DNA from: Oculina patagonica
Taxonomy: Eukaryota
Direction of reading: 5' to 3'
DNA length: 64,000 bases
NCBI RefSeq assembly: GCF_052425735.1
Contig: NC_135770.1
Span: forward strand, 26,164,001 to 26,228,000
A program made the position numbers and the translations under genes. Shown here in pieces: positions 36,801 to 51,300 of this stretch (its first letter is position 1; each line of letters starts with the position of its first letter). Below the pieces are notes generated by a model that saw nothing but the letters and a program-made list of their open reading frames with translations, ran no database searches and had not been told where the DNA came from.

Positions 36801-39800
36801 GGTCGCCGCTTTTTCGCTTTTAAATTGACCGTAAAGAAGGACTTGGATTATTTACTATTCCAGGCGATGTTGGAGAAGATAAAGACTGTACCGAAATATG
36901 TAATGAAGATTTTACACGGTAAGAAATTTAATTAATATTCATTTACGCTTTCAAAAGCGGGCGAATCTATAATTTTATAACATTCAGAGATGCGTTTCAC
37001 CGAGACATTTTGTGGAAATAAAGTTTAAAATGTCTTTGCAAACTAACACAGTTTCATCGTCCCATCGAGGAGCAGTAAAAGAAAGGCTAAACAGATTCGA
37101 CCTGCAAGTTTTTTTTATGCATCAATAAGACTTAAATAAAAGAACAAAATTGAAAGCGAATTCAAGGTTGCGGGCGACTATTTAACTTTTCATAAATTTC
37201 TTATCGTTCACGTTTCCTACATTTAAAACAACTTGACTTCCAAAGGGCCTTTGTAAGTCAGTCTATCTTTAAATTGTCATTTTACAATGAAAATCCGGCT
37301 ATTAGTTCAATTTCGAGCAATCGACGGTTTAAATAAATCGTGAATGAAATGCAAAGGCGCACACAGAAGCTAAACAGTGCAATGTGGTTTCTTCCTTGCG
37401 AACAACTCGCTTAACTTTTTTTTAATCTTTTACGTTTTCGAATTTTAAAAACACTTGACTTCCAAGGGCCCTTGTACGTCAGTACATCTTTCAATCGTCA
37501 TTTTACAATAAAAATTTGGCTTTTCCTTCAGTTTCGGGCATATAACGGTTTCAATAAATCGTGAATGAAATGCAAACGCGCACACAGAAGCCAATGCAAT
37601 GTGGTGCAGTTGTCAATTATCCGCGTGTTGTGTGAATAATTTACATCATTATTCAATAAAAACGAGAGCCTGTCTTGTTGTTAAGTTTTGAACGTCTAGT
37701 AGATATATACTAAAACAATTAGATTATTCGCTCTCGATTTCTATGTGTGATAGTTGATTCGGGCTTCGCCCTCATCAACTATCACACGATAGAAATCTCG
37801 AGCTCATAATCTAATTGTTAAATAGTGTGGCTGGTGAGTGAAACTTATTTCTGATTGAGAATTAAAACTTGAAGGCAAGTTAACGGTTTGTTAACAATGA
37901 CATTTTGTCATTTATTACCAGTATAAATATCTTTCCAATCAATAGGAAAATCTTTTCCTCTTGGCTGTTCGCTTAAAAAAAAATCAGCCGTTTTACTACC
38001 AAACTGCACCATTTTAGGAGCCCGTAGGGTACAACCGTTTCGACAGAGACTTGCTAAGGCTTACCTCTCTTAGCTTGAGATCTCATTGCCAAAACACTAT
38101 ATGAAGTTTTTTGGATCTTCCAGTTTTGTTTGTACTGTATAAGTGCATTATATTTTGCTGATAATTGATTAAAGTTAAGTAGGGCGTGAAAGCGTACACG
38201 GCACCACAAAAGGTATTATAAATAAAATCTTAGCAGTAGGATTTTACCGTTCCTTGATCCTAGTTTACAGTGTTTTAATTAGTGCAAGCGAAAGAAAAAA
38301 TGCGAATACGTGTATTCATTACCTATAATACCTTATGCTATCAAGCTTTTACACTTTTACGCTTTTTTAAAACGCGGGCATATGCCACAATGAAATATTC
38401 CAATGCATATGCACGCTATAGGATTAACTATTCATTCATTCTTTCATTCATTCATTCATTCGTTCGTTCGTTATCATTTTTTTTCCAATCATGAATTCAA
38501 AATATTACCATACTGTTGATGGATAGCTCGGTTATATTTTTTCCTGCCGAGGCAAGAAAGGCTGAAATAAACACCACACTTGAAAGGTCATCGAGTTTGG
38601 CCAGCTGAAACTTCTTTAGGGCAATGTCTCTGAGCTGCAAAACAAGTCATAGTAATCACTGATATAGGAAATAATATATTAAAATATATTGTTTTCATTT
38701 CACTCCCTAATATTTTTTATTTCTTGGGCGGTCAGAGGTTTTTAATCAGAGCGCTGTAAACGAACATATTTGTGTTCGTCAAGGTGGAAAGTTATAAATC
38801 CAAAGATAAGCAAATCTCAACGGCGACATTATCATCAAAACAAGCATGTAAACAACATATTTTCCAATTACGCGTGCTTTGATAAATATAATATAGGATA
38901 GTATTCTATAGCTTAAGTTATCGCTCCGGGATTTTTGTGATATTTCTCTTTTTTTTCCTGAGAAAGAGAGAGCTGTTTGCTGCAATAAATTACTTAAAAC
39001 ATAGATAAGGCGTTTAAGAGGTTGATAATTACAATACTCTTCTGTTCAGTCGATAGGGTTGAGTTGAGGAAGTTGCTCTTGACCAATGCTTGTGTCTCTA
39101 TTGTCAATAACATTGCGGTCATCATCTGCCAAGCTTCTTGCGTATCTACTGTGTTAAGATATTCCTCAAACAAGCCTGGAGATTTTCCTAAAAGCCCAAA
39201 AAGGTCTTGTGCCGCTCTGGGTTTGGGTGGAGTAACCTACATGAAACAAAAGTAGTAACTCAAAAAGTAAACTCAAAACGAGTGGACTGCATCCACTTTT
39301 TGTCATTCGAGGATTGATCGGCAGCAGGACGGTCGCAAGCCTTAGCTTTAGTTCACTATGGCAATAGACGTCAAAATATTTATTTAACAAGTATAAGAAA
39401 AACATTTTACATACAGAATAAAAAAGATAGTCTTTTTTGATTCCACCCGCACTTCTAGATATCTTTAGCAATCGCCATTCCTTTCCGGCCTTTCATATAT
39501 ATGATTTCACTCTCTCAAAAAGAAACCTTATGCTAAGCAAAATTTTCTTTTACACAATGACATGCAGGTTACCGTGAAAAAGGACATTTTACGTAATAAA
39601 AAAAAATGCATTGAAAAAAATCTTACCGTTACTGGAAGATCTAGCTCAGAAGTTGCACCGTTGCTCCTCGACACAAATACCTTGACGTGGGATAAATATC
39701 CACGTGAGGCATTTCCTTGCGGTAAAACTAACTGCTGTTTATCCAGGAGGCCATAATACAATGTATAACGAATTCCACCATCCGCAATTATTTGTACTTC

Positions 39801-42800
39801 GTAGGTGAAAGTTTCGTTGAGTGCGAACCAGCCGAAACATACTAGCTCAAATAATGTATAAACAGCCTCGCCAGTGTCCGGTGTTATAGTACAAGAGCCA
39901 TCGCGTGGGAGGACTGCGGTCTTGAAAACCTGCACACTTGTAGAAGGAGTTCCATTGCTGAGTAGCACGGTCAATACCAACCGATATTTCGTATTGTCTT
40001 TGAGAATGTTTGGATCCACTGTAAACACTTTGGAATTTTCTGTGTTGTTCAAACTTTGCATCCATTCCGCCTCTTTGTCTTCTTCGTAAAGGGTCCATTG
40101 GTACTCCGCCTGATCGTCACACGAGTAGCCCAAATAATCGGCTGAGATGGTCAGCGGCGCTGACGGGATGACGTTTAAGCGGTCGTTTAATACGAAACTG
40201 TTGGGAAAAACGTTGAAATAAAGAAATGATTACGTCGACAAAATATACCATGCGTTTCAGAAGACTTACAGTAGCAAGAAAGGTGAGTCTGGAAAAGCAT
40301 GCAAGTGCAAGAGCTGTCGTTTATTTTAAAGTTTGGGCGAAAGCAGCGGGTAACGTCATTATTAGGAAAAAAAATAAAAAACAATTACCAACATTCAACA
40401 ATGTTCTTAAACTCTTCGATATCTCCGAACATGCCGAAGGGCAAGCTGTTTAGTTTTTCTTTTTCTTCTTTCTTTTATTTCAGTGTCGTTTTCTTTTTTT
40501 AAATGTTTTTAAACTGTCTCTATAGGATTTTGTAAAACGCTCTTGAAAATCTAATAAGCAACTAGTTGTAAAAGCCATGTGCTTAAGCAACTAAGTTTGT
40601 CGCTTTGCTTTCATTTAGTTCTTAAGAATAAAACACATTAATTAACATACTAACTTCAGTGAGACTTCCGGAGGGCTTCCTTCAACGACATGAACGGTCT
40701 TCATATCACTCGATGTTCTGGAATCTTTGGCTACAATGAGTTGAAAGACATATGATGCAGTCGAGTTTTCCATAGCTGAGGCATTTAAAACAATGACAGG
40801 CTCATTGGATTCCAGTCTTCCAATACCGGTACCAAAACAGCCCCCACCTGATCTCTCAGAGTCATTCAAAGGAATAAATACCACTTGTATCTCAAGTGGG
40901 TTTTCCGTCGGGAACTCTTCATCTGATTTCTTACATAGCCAATAAAATGTCAATGTTTCCAGGGCTCCTGGCCCCACATGAGGATCGTACGACTCGGTGC
41001 CATTTAGGATGAAATTTTGCTTACTTCCTCTGGTTATTTCGGTTTCACCTGAGATTATTGCCACCAGTGGAGAGGGTCGTATTATGATATAACCTTTATC
41101 ATATACTCTCTCTGTTATATTATTGTGCCCTTGGATTACCGTCAAAGGGAAATACAAAGCATGTAGTTCATGGGCGAATGCTAAATGATGGTCAGCGAGA
41201 GTCCATTCGTTAGTTTTTGCCGAAATAACGGTTCCATTTAAAATAGCTTCAGAATCGTTCAACGATGGATCGGCTAATATCCAAGACATGTTTTGTGCCC
41301 ATATCTGAGCGCACCTCAGTTCAATGTTCGCTTCAAATGTGTAATATGAGCTCAACTGAACAACCATGGGTTGATCAATGGTCCGGCCGACATGAAGTAT
41401 TCTTGCTCGTGGAGCATCACATAATGTAGTTCCTAAAGAAGAGCAAAATAATTGTTCTTTTCCTCTGAGCTTGAAGTATGAAGTAAAGACAGGTGTATTA
41501 AAAGCACTTCTTCTTCCTTAAAGCTTAGCTGATAATTAATCAGTGTGACAACTGGCGCTTCTAATAACCTTAGTTTAAAGTAATTTACGTGTACATTTTA
41601 TATTTTTCCCTTTTCCATTAGTATTTGTCTAATCTATATTAACGCATCAGTGCCTATCACGACGTTTCTTAAATACAACTTCGAAACATATTCGGCGACG
41701 ACAGTCATGAAGACAAAATAAGTAATATATAAACTGCAAGTCCACGCAATAAATGTAACCGTTGTCCGTATTATAGAAAATAAATTATGTGAGTATTTTG
41801 TCGGGATATCATAAATTGTTCGTAATAGAAAGGTGTCCGTATTAGAGAAGTGTTCGTAGGGAGAAGTTCCACTGTACATACCATAGCAGAGATGAGATTC
41901 TGCGCCTGAGCAGTTACAATCATATGTTCCATCCAAATTTATACAAGTGGCATTCTCAGCACAATGGGCGGGTTCCTCACACTCGTCCGCGTCTTTACAT
42001 AAAAAGAATGGAATTAAACCTTAGAGTTAATGTGTTAGGACTTGGTTAGATTTGGTTAGGAGCAACAACAGGAAGTACATAAGACGTGCCAAAGCGAGGA
42101 AGAAAGCATCAAGCCAACGTCTGCTCATTTCCTTCAGACAAAAAAAAAACACTGAGACGGTTGAATTGCGACTAGCTTGAAGTTCGGTCACTTTTTTCAG
42201 ATTTGCTACAAACACAGTTCATTTACTTTCTTGCGTTACGTTGAGTTTAAAAAAGCCTCGCAAATACGATGTTTAAATCGAAAAATTGACCAACAAGAGG
42301 ACATGAGTGCACAGCTACGATGCATTTTTTAACTTGTGTATTTTACCAATACAAATGCTTCCATTCCAAACATAGTTTGGCTTGTAACAGGAACAGATAT
42401 AGGATCCTGGTGTGTTAACACACTTGGCTACGGCTTCATCACAATCATCCAAGTCCTCAAGACACTCATCGATATCTGTGAGGGGTTAAGAAAGAAAGGA
42501 CCTTCGTTATAGAGTAAATGATGATGACCAGAAGCAACATTTCCATCTAACGTTAAAAATACAATTAAGCAGCTTTATTTCGGCAAAGTGAACGGTAAAG
42601 CGTATCGATTCCAATGACATGTGTATCGTCAGCACAGCACAAATAATAGCCTTGCACTGGCAGTGCTGGTACATGACTTCGTATTTAATTAAAAGCATTG
42701 TTCGTTTGGTGCTTATTGGTCCTTACTTCTTAAACCGCTAGTCGGTCATTCGCTTTACTTTTCGTGTGTTTTTTAAAGTTTTATTATAATATTTTTCGCA

Positions 42801-45800
42801 ATTTTTTTCTCTGCCAGAAGCTTTCTTTGATACAGTTACGAGGTATATTTGTTCAAGCATAAACAGTTAAATTTAAAATATATATATAATTTAACATACC
42901 TACACACATGGTGCCGTTATAACGGTATCCCGACTGGATGCACGAGCAGTTGTATGAGCCTACAGTATTGACGCAGTACGCAGATACGTGACAGTCATAT
43001 AACTTTTCGACACATTCATCTACATCTAAGGAAAGAAAGCATTTGAAGTTACAACATTAACAACCCTGCATAAACAAAATATACAATAACGCAGGTGATG
43101 CAACTGCTTTCGAACCTTCCACGATTCTTTCTTTTGTATAATTTTAATAAAGTATTTCAATCTTAATTCTAAAACCTCCCTCGGTACATTTTCTATCACA
43201 ACTGTTTGTTCACGGTACTTCATTATGTCAGGCTTGGCAAAGCTTCAGTATGTTTACAGGTGTTGAGGTCGTTTTAGTATACCTGAATCGTCTTGAAATT
43301 AATTTGAATCAAAGGAATGAAAAAAAGCCTAGACGGCAGACAGCACGCTTTCATACCATGACATAAGATCAATAGGTGACTATCTTATATTATATTATAC
43401 AGAAATCTACATGCCAAGAACAAAAGAGGTAATACGTTTAGAGTTTATTAACTGCACCCACCTTCACACTGAGGTGGAATACCAGCGAATCCACTTCCGC
43501 AGACACACGAAACATTGCTTCTCGTGTTAACGCAATGGGCTGGGAGACGACAGTTTGTCATGTCCGGATCAGTGCTGCAAACAGCGATTCCTTGAGTATG
43601 GACTAGTACAAAAGAAAAACCAAACGCAGTGGACGGTTTCAATTAGCCTCTTCTTCTTTTCATATTGCTTCTCTTTAAGCCCTAACAAATGTAGGTAAAG
43701 ACTTTTGCCCGGAGGAAAAGGGAATGTGCTCATGCCCATTTCCATGCGCGTGCTCTTGCTTACGCTCATGCGCACGCACATACTTATGCGTATGCTTACC
43801 CATACTCATGTTCATACCCATGCTGATATACCCATTCAGATGCTCGTGTGGCGGTTAGAACAGCTTGCGAAGAAAATAGCTTGTGGAGAACGCTAACGTC
43901 GTTAGTGAAAAACAAACTTAAGGTGGCTAAAAAATGCTGTAAAACATTCTCGCCCTTTGGCATTCTATCGCCGCTACGCCAAATATGTTGAGAAATAACT
44001 TTAAGTAAAAATTTAAATAGCCCTAACCAATCAACAAATGGATTTTTATTAACGACCAAATTCGTTGCAATGGCAACGCGAAAAGGCTTTTGAGGGTAAT
44101 AATTTCAAAGCGACCCGAAGAAAGTGAGTCTTAGCTTGTTAGTTACATACTTTTGGCACAACAGCTATATGTGACCCTCCACGGGAAAACAGTGACAAAG
44201 GTGATAACACGCTCACAACACGCTAACACAGCACGCTTAGCGTGTCTTGTGACACAGATATGCACATATTTAATCACTACAACAATGCAGGACACGCAAG
44301 CCTTGTTTCGCACGCTAAACCTTTTGTTTTGATAAGTGTGCTCGAAGTCACGTTTAGCGTGCGACCGAAGACCGCTTAGCGTGCGACTCGAAGACACGCT
44401 AGCATGCGACTCAAAGTCACGCTTAGCGTGCGAATCGAAGTCACGCTTAGCGTGCGATTTAACACGCTTGAACACTCGAGAACACGCTAGGGTTATGACT
44501 GAAACAACAGTCATTCAGTACAGATTATGTTTGGCAAACTTACGCACACGAGGAAAAAACGAAAAAATTAAAGCTATTTTCTACCGTTTCCCGGCCGTTT
44601 CCGAACCAAACTAGCCGTCAGTGTTATGATCAAGTCAACTATGAAAATGAGCGTAAACAATATTCCTTTAACTTACTTAAACTTTGTCTGGAAGAAACAA
44701 AGAAAGACTCATTTACAAATGCCCATTAAGTTTCAACTTCTTAGTGATCTCTCTTAATTTGCTCAGGCGTCAAACCGAACAGTATTCAGGGTTTTCACTC
44801 CCTGTTCTTGGAACACAAGTGTGAATTAAAAATTTTAGACGTCAACACAAATACTGCATTGACATAACTTAGTAGTTAGCGAATGTCAAAGCAACGACTT
44901 TAGGCAGACTTTTTCAATTAAGCTGGATTTCCACTGACGAGAAATTTTTTACATGTGTTTACGTAATGAAAAATTAGAGAAATGTATAACGACTTGGTAA
45001 CATGTATTCAAGTCGTTCTCCTGCTCTTTTGATTCTCTTAAAAGTTTTTTGTTTTTTCTATCGTACAGAGAAAGCCGCGAAATACTGGAATCGAATCTTC
45101 TAGCCGCGATACAAAAATGGCGTCGCTGACTAATCAAAACATAGCGAAAAGCTATAAGACTATTTTCGTTTTCGCGAAGGAATGGTAGGTTAAGAGCAAC
45201 ACGATCTTTCTTTATAAAGTAGACTGGACACGCTTTAAGTGCTCGCTTGCACGCCTAGTGTGTTGTGCTAAACACACTAGGTCAGCACAACATACTAGGC
45301 GTGCGAGCACAACACACTAGGCGTGCGAGCACAACACACTAGGCGTGCGGGCGAGCACACCTAGTGTGCTGACACGCTTTTTTGTTCGGCTACGCACGCT
45401 TTATTGTGTTTAGTGTGTCCTGTAAAACAAAGGCTTACTAATGAGGCAAGTTTCAGAACACGCTTTAAGCGTGCTAAAATCGAAATCTATTGTTTTAGAG
45501 TGGAAGCGTGTTGTGAGCGTGCTATCACCTTTGTCCCTGTTTTCCCGTGGAGGGTCACATATAGGGTTCGGCAGGGCTTCAGAGCTATGATGTTATTTTT
45601 TATAAATTAAATGATTCTTTTGTCGATCAGGTGATAAAGATAGTAAATAGGGTATTTTTGTACCTTTTGACGTTGCCATCGCAAAGAAGTTAAATCTCTT
45701 AAGGATTTGATCTTGTTCGCTGATAAATCGCTTGTTTTAGTTCACACGAAATATGTTTTCGTCACATCGTCGGGCTAGCTATACATACAAAAGATGGAAA

Positions 45801-48274
45801 CGTCTTAACTATCGTCTTAAATATTTGCATGATATGGTGATATTAAACTTACGAGCGTCGACGCATGATGCCTTTGATATGGATTCGGCCTTTGATAACA
45901 AATCGTTGAATTCTGTGGTTTGAAAAATATCTTCGTCTGTCTCAGTCACAGCCCTCATGTCCGCCATGTCAACATTACTACCAATAGTAACAGCAAAGAT
46001 ACGAGCAGCTTTGGAACGAAGGAGCTGTACTGTATCGGTTGTTGGAATGTAAGGCGGAGTCATACCAAGGTATTGAGCTTGTATTTCATAAGTTATCAAT
46101 ATCACTAATTTCTGGTTGTCGTTCAGAACTGGCTGATGAAAAATATTCATCATAAGCTAGACGAAATGCCAGGTCAATACGGGTTTCCAATGCAGCATAC
46201 GGGATATTGTCCACCGCAGTAGCAAATGACAATGCCGTTTTCTTAGAGCCTAACTGAACTTCGTTGGAAGCTTGACTGCTGAATGTTATAACAGCAGCTT
46301 GGCTGGTGGACTCTAACTCAAATCTGCTGGTCACAATCTTTATGAATTCTTTTTCTTTTACGTAATTGTCTGCTCCAACACTCCCTGAGGCGTCCAGTAA
46401 AAAGATTAGGTTCAGTGGTGCTTGGCATTTTTCAGGAGCTGACAATAAGAAAAAAAAATCAACCATCGTAGTTATGTTTCAATTATTCCCATTTACCCTT
46501 TCAACGCGTTTAAACGCATTTTGTGAAGGAAAACAACTTCCCAGTTTCCATCGGGCATTCAAGTTGTGGAAACACGTGTAGAAACCTTTGTAAATCTAGT
46601 CTGCTGTGGTAGGCATTTCGCAAGCGCTTTTTCAAGTTCTTCAAAAAATGGTTTTCTAGAAACCGTATAAAAGGAACATGATAGAAGTGCTTTTCTTAAC
46701 ATAAGTGTGATGAAAGAAAAGAGAAGCTCGACGCTTATTGAGACTATCAAAATGCAAATCAAAACATCAGCAGTTTACGTCAGCTAGATGTCGTCATAGT
46801 TAGAACTACGTCTTTAAGCGTTCACTTTCTTACATGATATCATTTTAAATAATTGAAATAAAACTTAAATATAGCTTTTTTTGAGATCTGGTAATACCCA
46901 AAATGACCTTACGTTCCTCGGTGAAGGTAAAGAATCCGATCCAAACAACGCGTCGGTCAACGCGTGGGCCAACACACGGCCGACAGTCGACCGACACGTC
47001 GGCAACTATTTGTCATTACATGATATACCGAGGATGATTTCAAAACCTACCCAGGCAGACTGAGCCATTGCCAGAGTATCCAGGCACACAAGCGCAGTCA
47101 TAGCTGCCGTCATAGTTGTAGCAATACGCGTCTTTATGGCAAGCGTCTGGTAGAGATTGGCATTCGTTGATGTCTATATAAAAGCAATGTTAAAGGCAAA
47201 GATCGTTACTTTTAAGTTCTCAACCCATTCTTGTTAATCGGAATCCCCATAAAAGAAGAACGGGGTTTCGGAAAGGGGAATACTTTGTGGTCTAACAATG
47301 CAATTAGCCCAATTCTTGAAGGAACATACCTTAACATTAACAATGTGGTTTTCTTATTGTATGACACACTTTGTGTAGGACTTCTCAGATTGTAGTCCAA
47401 CTTAGGCTCTACTTATTTCTTTTTGCTTAGGACTATTGAATTATTGAAATACAGTTGCACCTCGATACAACGAAGGGCCAAGGGATTGGCAAAATATGTT
47501 CGCAATTACGACTTTATGTTATTTCGCTGTTCTTTTCCATATATTTTGCTATTCCTGTATAGACAGGAGGTTAGTTGAATCGAGGTCGGACTATATTATA
47601 GAATGTAACTTCAGAGCATCTTAAGAACGTTTTGTAAAAAAAAAAATTGTAAAAAAAAAGAAAAATCCGCGTCGTCCCGAAAGTAGACGTTCTTATAAAA
47701 AAAAGAGTGTAGAAATTGGAAGTATCGAAGGGAATACATAACCTGGTATTCAACCTAAATCCATGAGGTTACATACCTACACACATATTGTTGATATAAC
47801 TGTATCTGTATCCCGGCTGGTTGCATGAGCAGTTGTATGAGCCTGCAGTGTTTACACACGAGGCAGAGACATGGCAGTCATGTGACCCATCGGCACATTC
47901 ATCTATGTCTAAAAAGAGAGTTTGAGAAGAGACAAAGTTGTTTATCATAATTTGTTTTTGCTTTTTTTCTTTATATTGTCAAAAGCAGTCTCTGTTGTAA
48001 GTCAAATTTCAGAATAACGTTTGGCATAAATGTCGTCAAAATAAACCAGGATATATATGACACAGCGAATACCACACCCGTATTTTCTCCGTAAACAAAC
48101 ACAAACAAAACGTGTAACAGATTATCTCAGATGGCAAGCGCAGAATGAAATCGCTTCAACTACAAACACTTTGGAACTTTAAATGATCTTCTACCTTTCA
48201 ATTAACGTCACTTAACAGAGGTAAAAATAGCCACTAAATGTGCGTTTTTATATATATATATTTTTTATCACTTG

Positions 48275-48334
<60 letters not shown>

Positions 48335-51300
48335 TATCACTTGATCCATTGATTTAAACTAATTATACAGTATGGGGTAAGGGGAAGGGGGTGGTATTAG
48401 TTTTGTTCTTGTTTTTCATTCTATTTTTAATGGGTGGGATAAATTTTTTATATTTTTAATAGCATATAGTATTTTAATTTTAGTCCTACGTTTTATACAT
48501 GAGCCTCTGGCTCGGACATTGAGGGAGACCTCGTCCCACGTATGGACAATAAAAATGTATTGTATTGTATTGTAAATTGTATTGTATTCGAAGCCGCTCT
48601 GCATTGGAAAGGTTTATCATTCAGGTAAAGTAGTCTCAGGTCAGCGAGGATCTACTGTATAACAGCGGAAAGGCGCGCCAGCGGAGCGCCAAATCTATAA
48701 AATTTTGTAAGCCGATCGAGTTGAAAAATTGTGGTTGTAACGTAATTGTCCGTACGTCCATCAAGTAACCGTTGCTGGAACTGCCGTGTGAATATTGGCA
48801 AAAGCTACATTGATGTTTATCGACCACTCAGTGAGAAAAAGTCTTAAAATTTTAAGGCATACGCGAGGAGCCCGACTCTGGAAAAAGGCTTTCAATTACA
48901 ATTTTTTAACCCATGAACATAATAAAATAAGGCACCACAATATCGCACTTATCGGCATCTCTCATGTGTAGCGTACTTAGCTTTTAATATTTTTCGGCAC
49001 TTTCTGTCGAACTATCCTTTATAAATTTCTCTATTTTATTTGCAATCACTTATCTAAAGGCGTATTGCCAACGAAATGTCACTTCAGAACAAAAATATTA
49101 TTGAACTGAGACTCTACGATTTCGCTTAGCCTGCACCGTCCCACAACTTAAGTTTCAACTTAAATTTTTTAAATAAAGAAAATGCGAAATGAGATGTTCT
49201 AACGTATTCTGGACGAATATATACAGGGGAAATATATTATTGAACATACCTACACATATGCTGCCATTATAACTGTATCCCGACTGGATGCATGAGCAGT
49301 TATACGAGCCTGGGGTGTTGACACAATTAGCAGAGACGTGACAGTCGTGTGACCCATCTTCACATTCATTTATATCTTGGAATACAAAGAGGAGTTTTAG
49401 AAAAAAATGTTAATTATTAGTTGTCTTCTTTCTTTTTTATGCTGTATAAATTCTTAAATTTAAAAATAAAAATTGTAAGGCAAAATAATTTATGTGCTAT
49501 CAGATAAGGTAAAAATCGTTTCCAATTTAAGCGATAGAAGTGGTCTGATGACTCAGCAGTCAGCAGTGCTGGAGTCCATTTTTGTGATCTGTTGGCGCAA
49601 AGCAAAGCATTTCTGAATATTGTTACGTGTGCTGGATGAAACACTGGTTTGCTTATATAATGTTAGGTTTTCCTGAAAAGTTTGTTACATCGTGCATGAC
49701 CACATCAACTTCGGCACAGAATTAGCACTAACTACGGCCAATGCTTTTGCAGCGAAAGCAAAGAATCTGCCTTCAGAAATCAAGAGAAGCGAAAAAAAAA
49801 GTGTCACTGGGGACCTAAAGATAAAATGTCAGCACATTTGCCAGAAAACGTAGCGGAAATATCACATTAGCTTGCGTAAAGCAAAGGACTTGGAATGTTA
49901 ATTATGTTATTTACAACAGACTTCAAGCAAGTTGAACATATAATTATTAGTGCATTCGCCATAAATGAGAAGTTCATTCCAAAATAGCACCTTTTCTTCA
50001 CGCCAACGAAATGATAATTCCAAGATATGTTAGCCACCAAAATGTCAGCTTCCAACGAGTACTCAAACCCTATGAAATCCTTGTCTAAATTAGTCCGAAA
50101 ATCGAGAACCGGCCGCCGCCATCTTGGAGAAACTAAGCAGCCTGGCGATGTATTTATGACGTTTAAGAGCTCAACCTGAAGTTTAAACATTGTTTAAATA
50201 CTTAACACTCCTAGTTAATTTTGTAACGGCTTGCTTTTTGAAATACTTGTTCGTGCAGCATCATTTTGCACAAAATGGGCTCCAAGAGAATAAAAGTTGA
50301 GCTCTTTGATATCACGCATTTATCGCCAGGTTGCTAAGTTACTCCAAGATGGCAGCAGCCGGTTCTCGATTTTTGAACGAGTTCAGACAAGGAATTCATA
50401 GGGTTTGAATACTCTTTGGAAGCTGAAAGTTTGGTGAGTAACAAATCTTTGTGTAACCTTTCCGTTGTCGCGAAGAAAAAGTGTCATTTTGGAAGGAACT
50501 TTCCCTTTAAGCGAAAAATCTAGACTAAGTACATGTTAGTCCCACAATACATTGTTTCTTTTGTTAATCACTTACCTTCGCACTGGGGCGGATCACCAAC
50601 ATAGCCATTTCTGCAGACACACAGAAAATCGCTACCTGTGTTAACGCAATGCGCTGGAAAATCGCAATTTGTCATTTCTGGATCAGTACTACAAAACGCT
50701 ATTCCTTGGGTCTGAACTGGTAAAAAGAAAACCATACACAATATTATTACTCCGCAAGAGGCTTCAGCTCATGATAATAAAATTATATTATCATGAGCTG
50801 GCAGCTTTAGCAAATTATTTCTTCTACAACTAATTAAAACTATTTACAATGACTGATCGCAGTTACCTATGAATCTCACCACATGAATTGTATTTTTAAC
50901 ATAGCGTAGGATCCCGATTCTCAAATCCTCGATTTTTTCAGCCTCCCGGTATCGTTAACCAAAGGTTGCTCCCTTGAATTTGCTTCAAGTAGTCGAACAT
51001 TGCGATTTTACCCCCTGTTTTCTAAAACTCCAAGTTTCTCGAACCAATTTTCGTTTTCGCTGAAAGCTTGAGAAATTGTTATTTTATCGTAGTGATTTTT
51101 TTCATTGTTAATTTATTTGTATTGTATTATACTGTTTATAATTATTTGCGTGAGCTTATTACCCCGACACCTAAACAAAGTTATTCAGCCATCCATTTAT
51201 TTACCCATCATCAATCATTGTGAATGCCTCCGGGATACCAATGATACCTTTGAGTTTATGAATTTTCATCTTCTATGAGCTCGAGTGTACCCTGGAACAC

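Noticed and set aside
43705-43896. Met/His/Thr-rich ORF
   Set aside because: Degenerate hexamer repeat in an intron.
44343-45360. Short tandem arrays resembling CRISPR repeats
   Set aside because: No unique spacers, no cas genes, eukaryotic context; they sit inside a TIR element.
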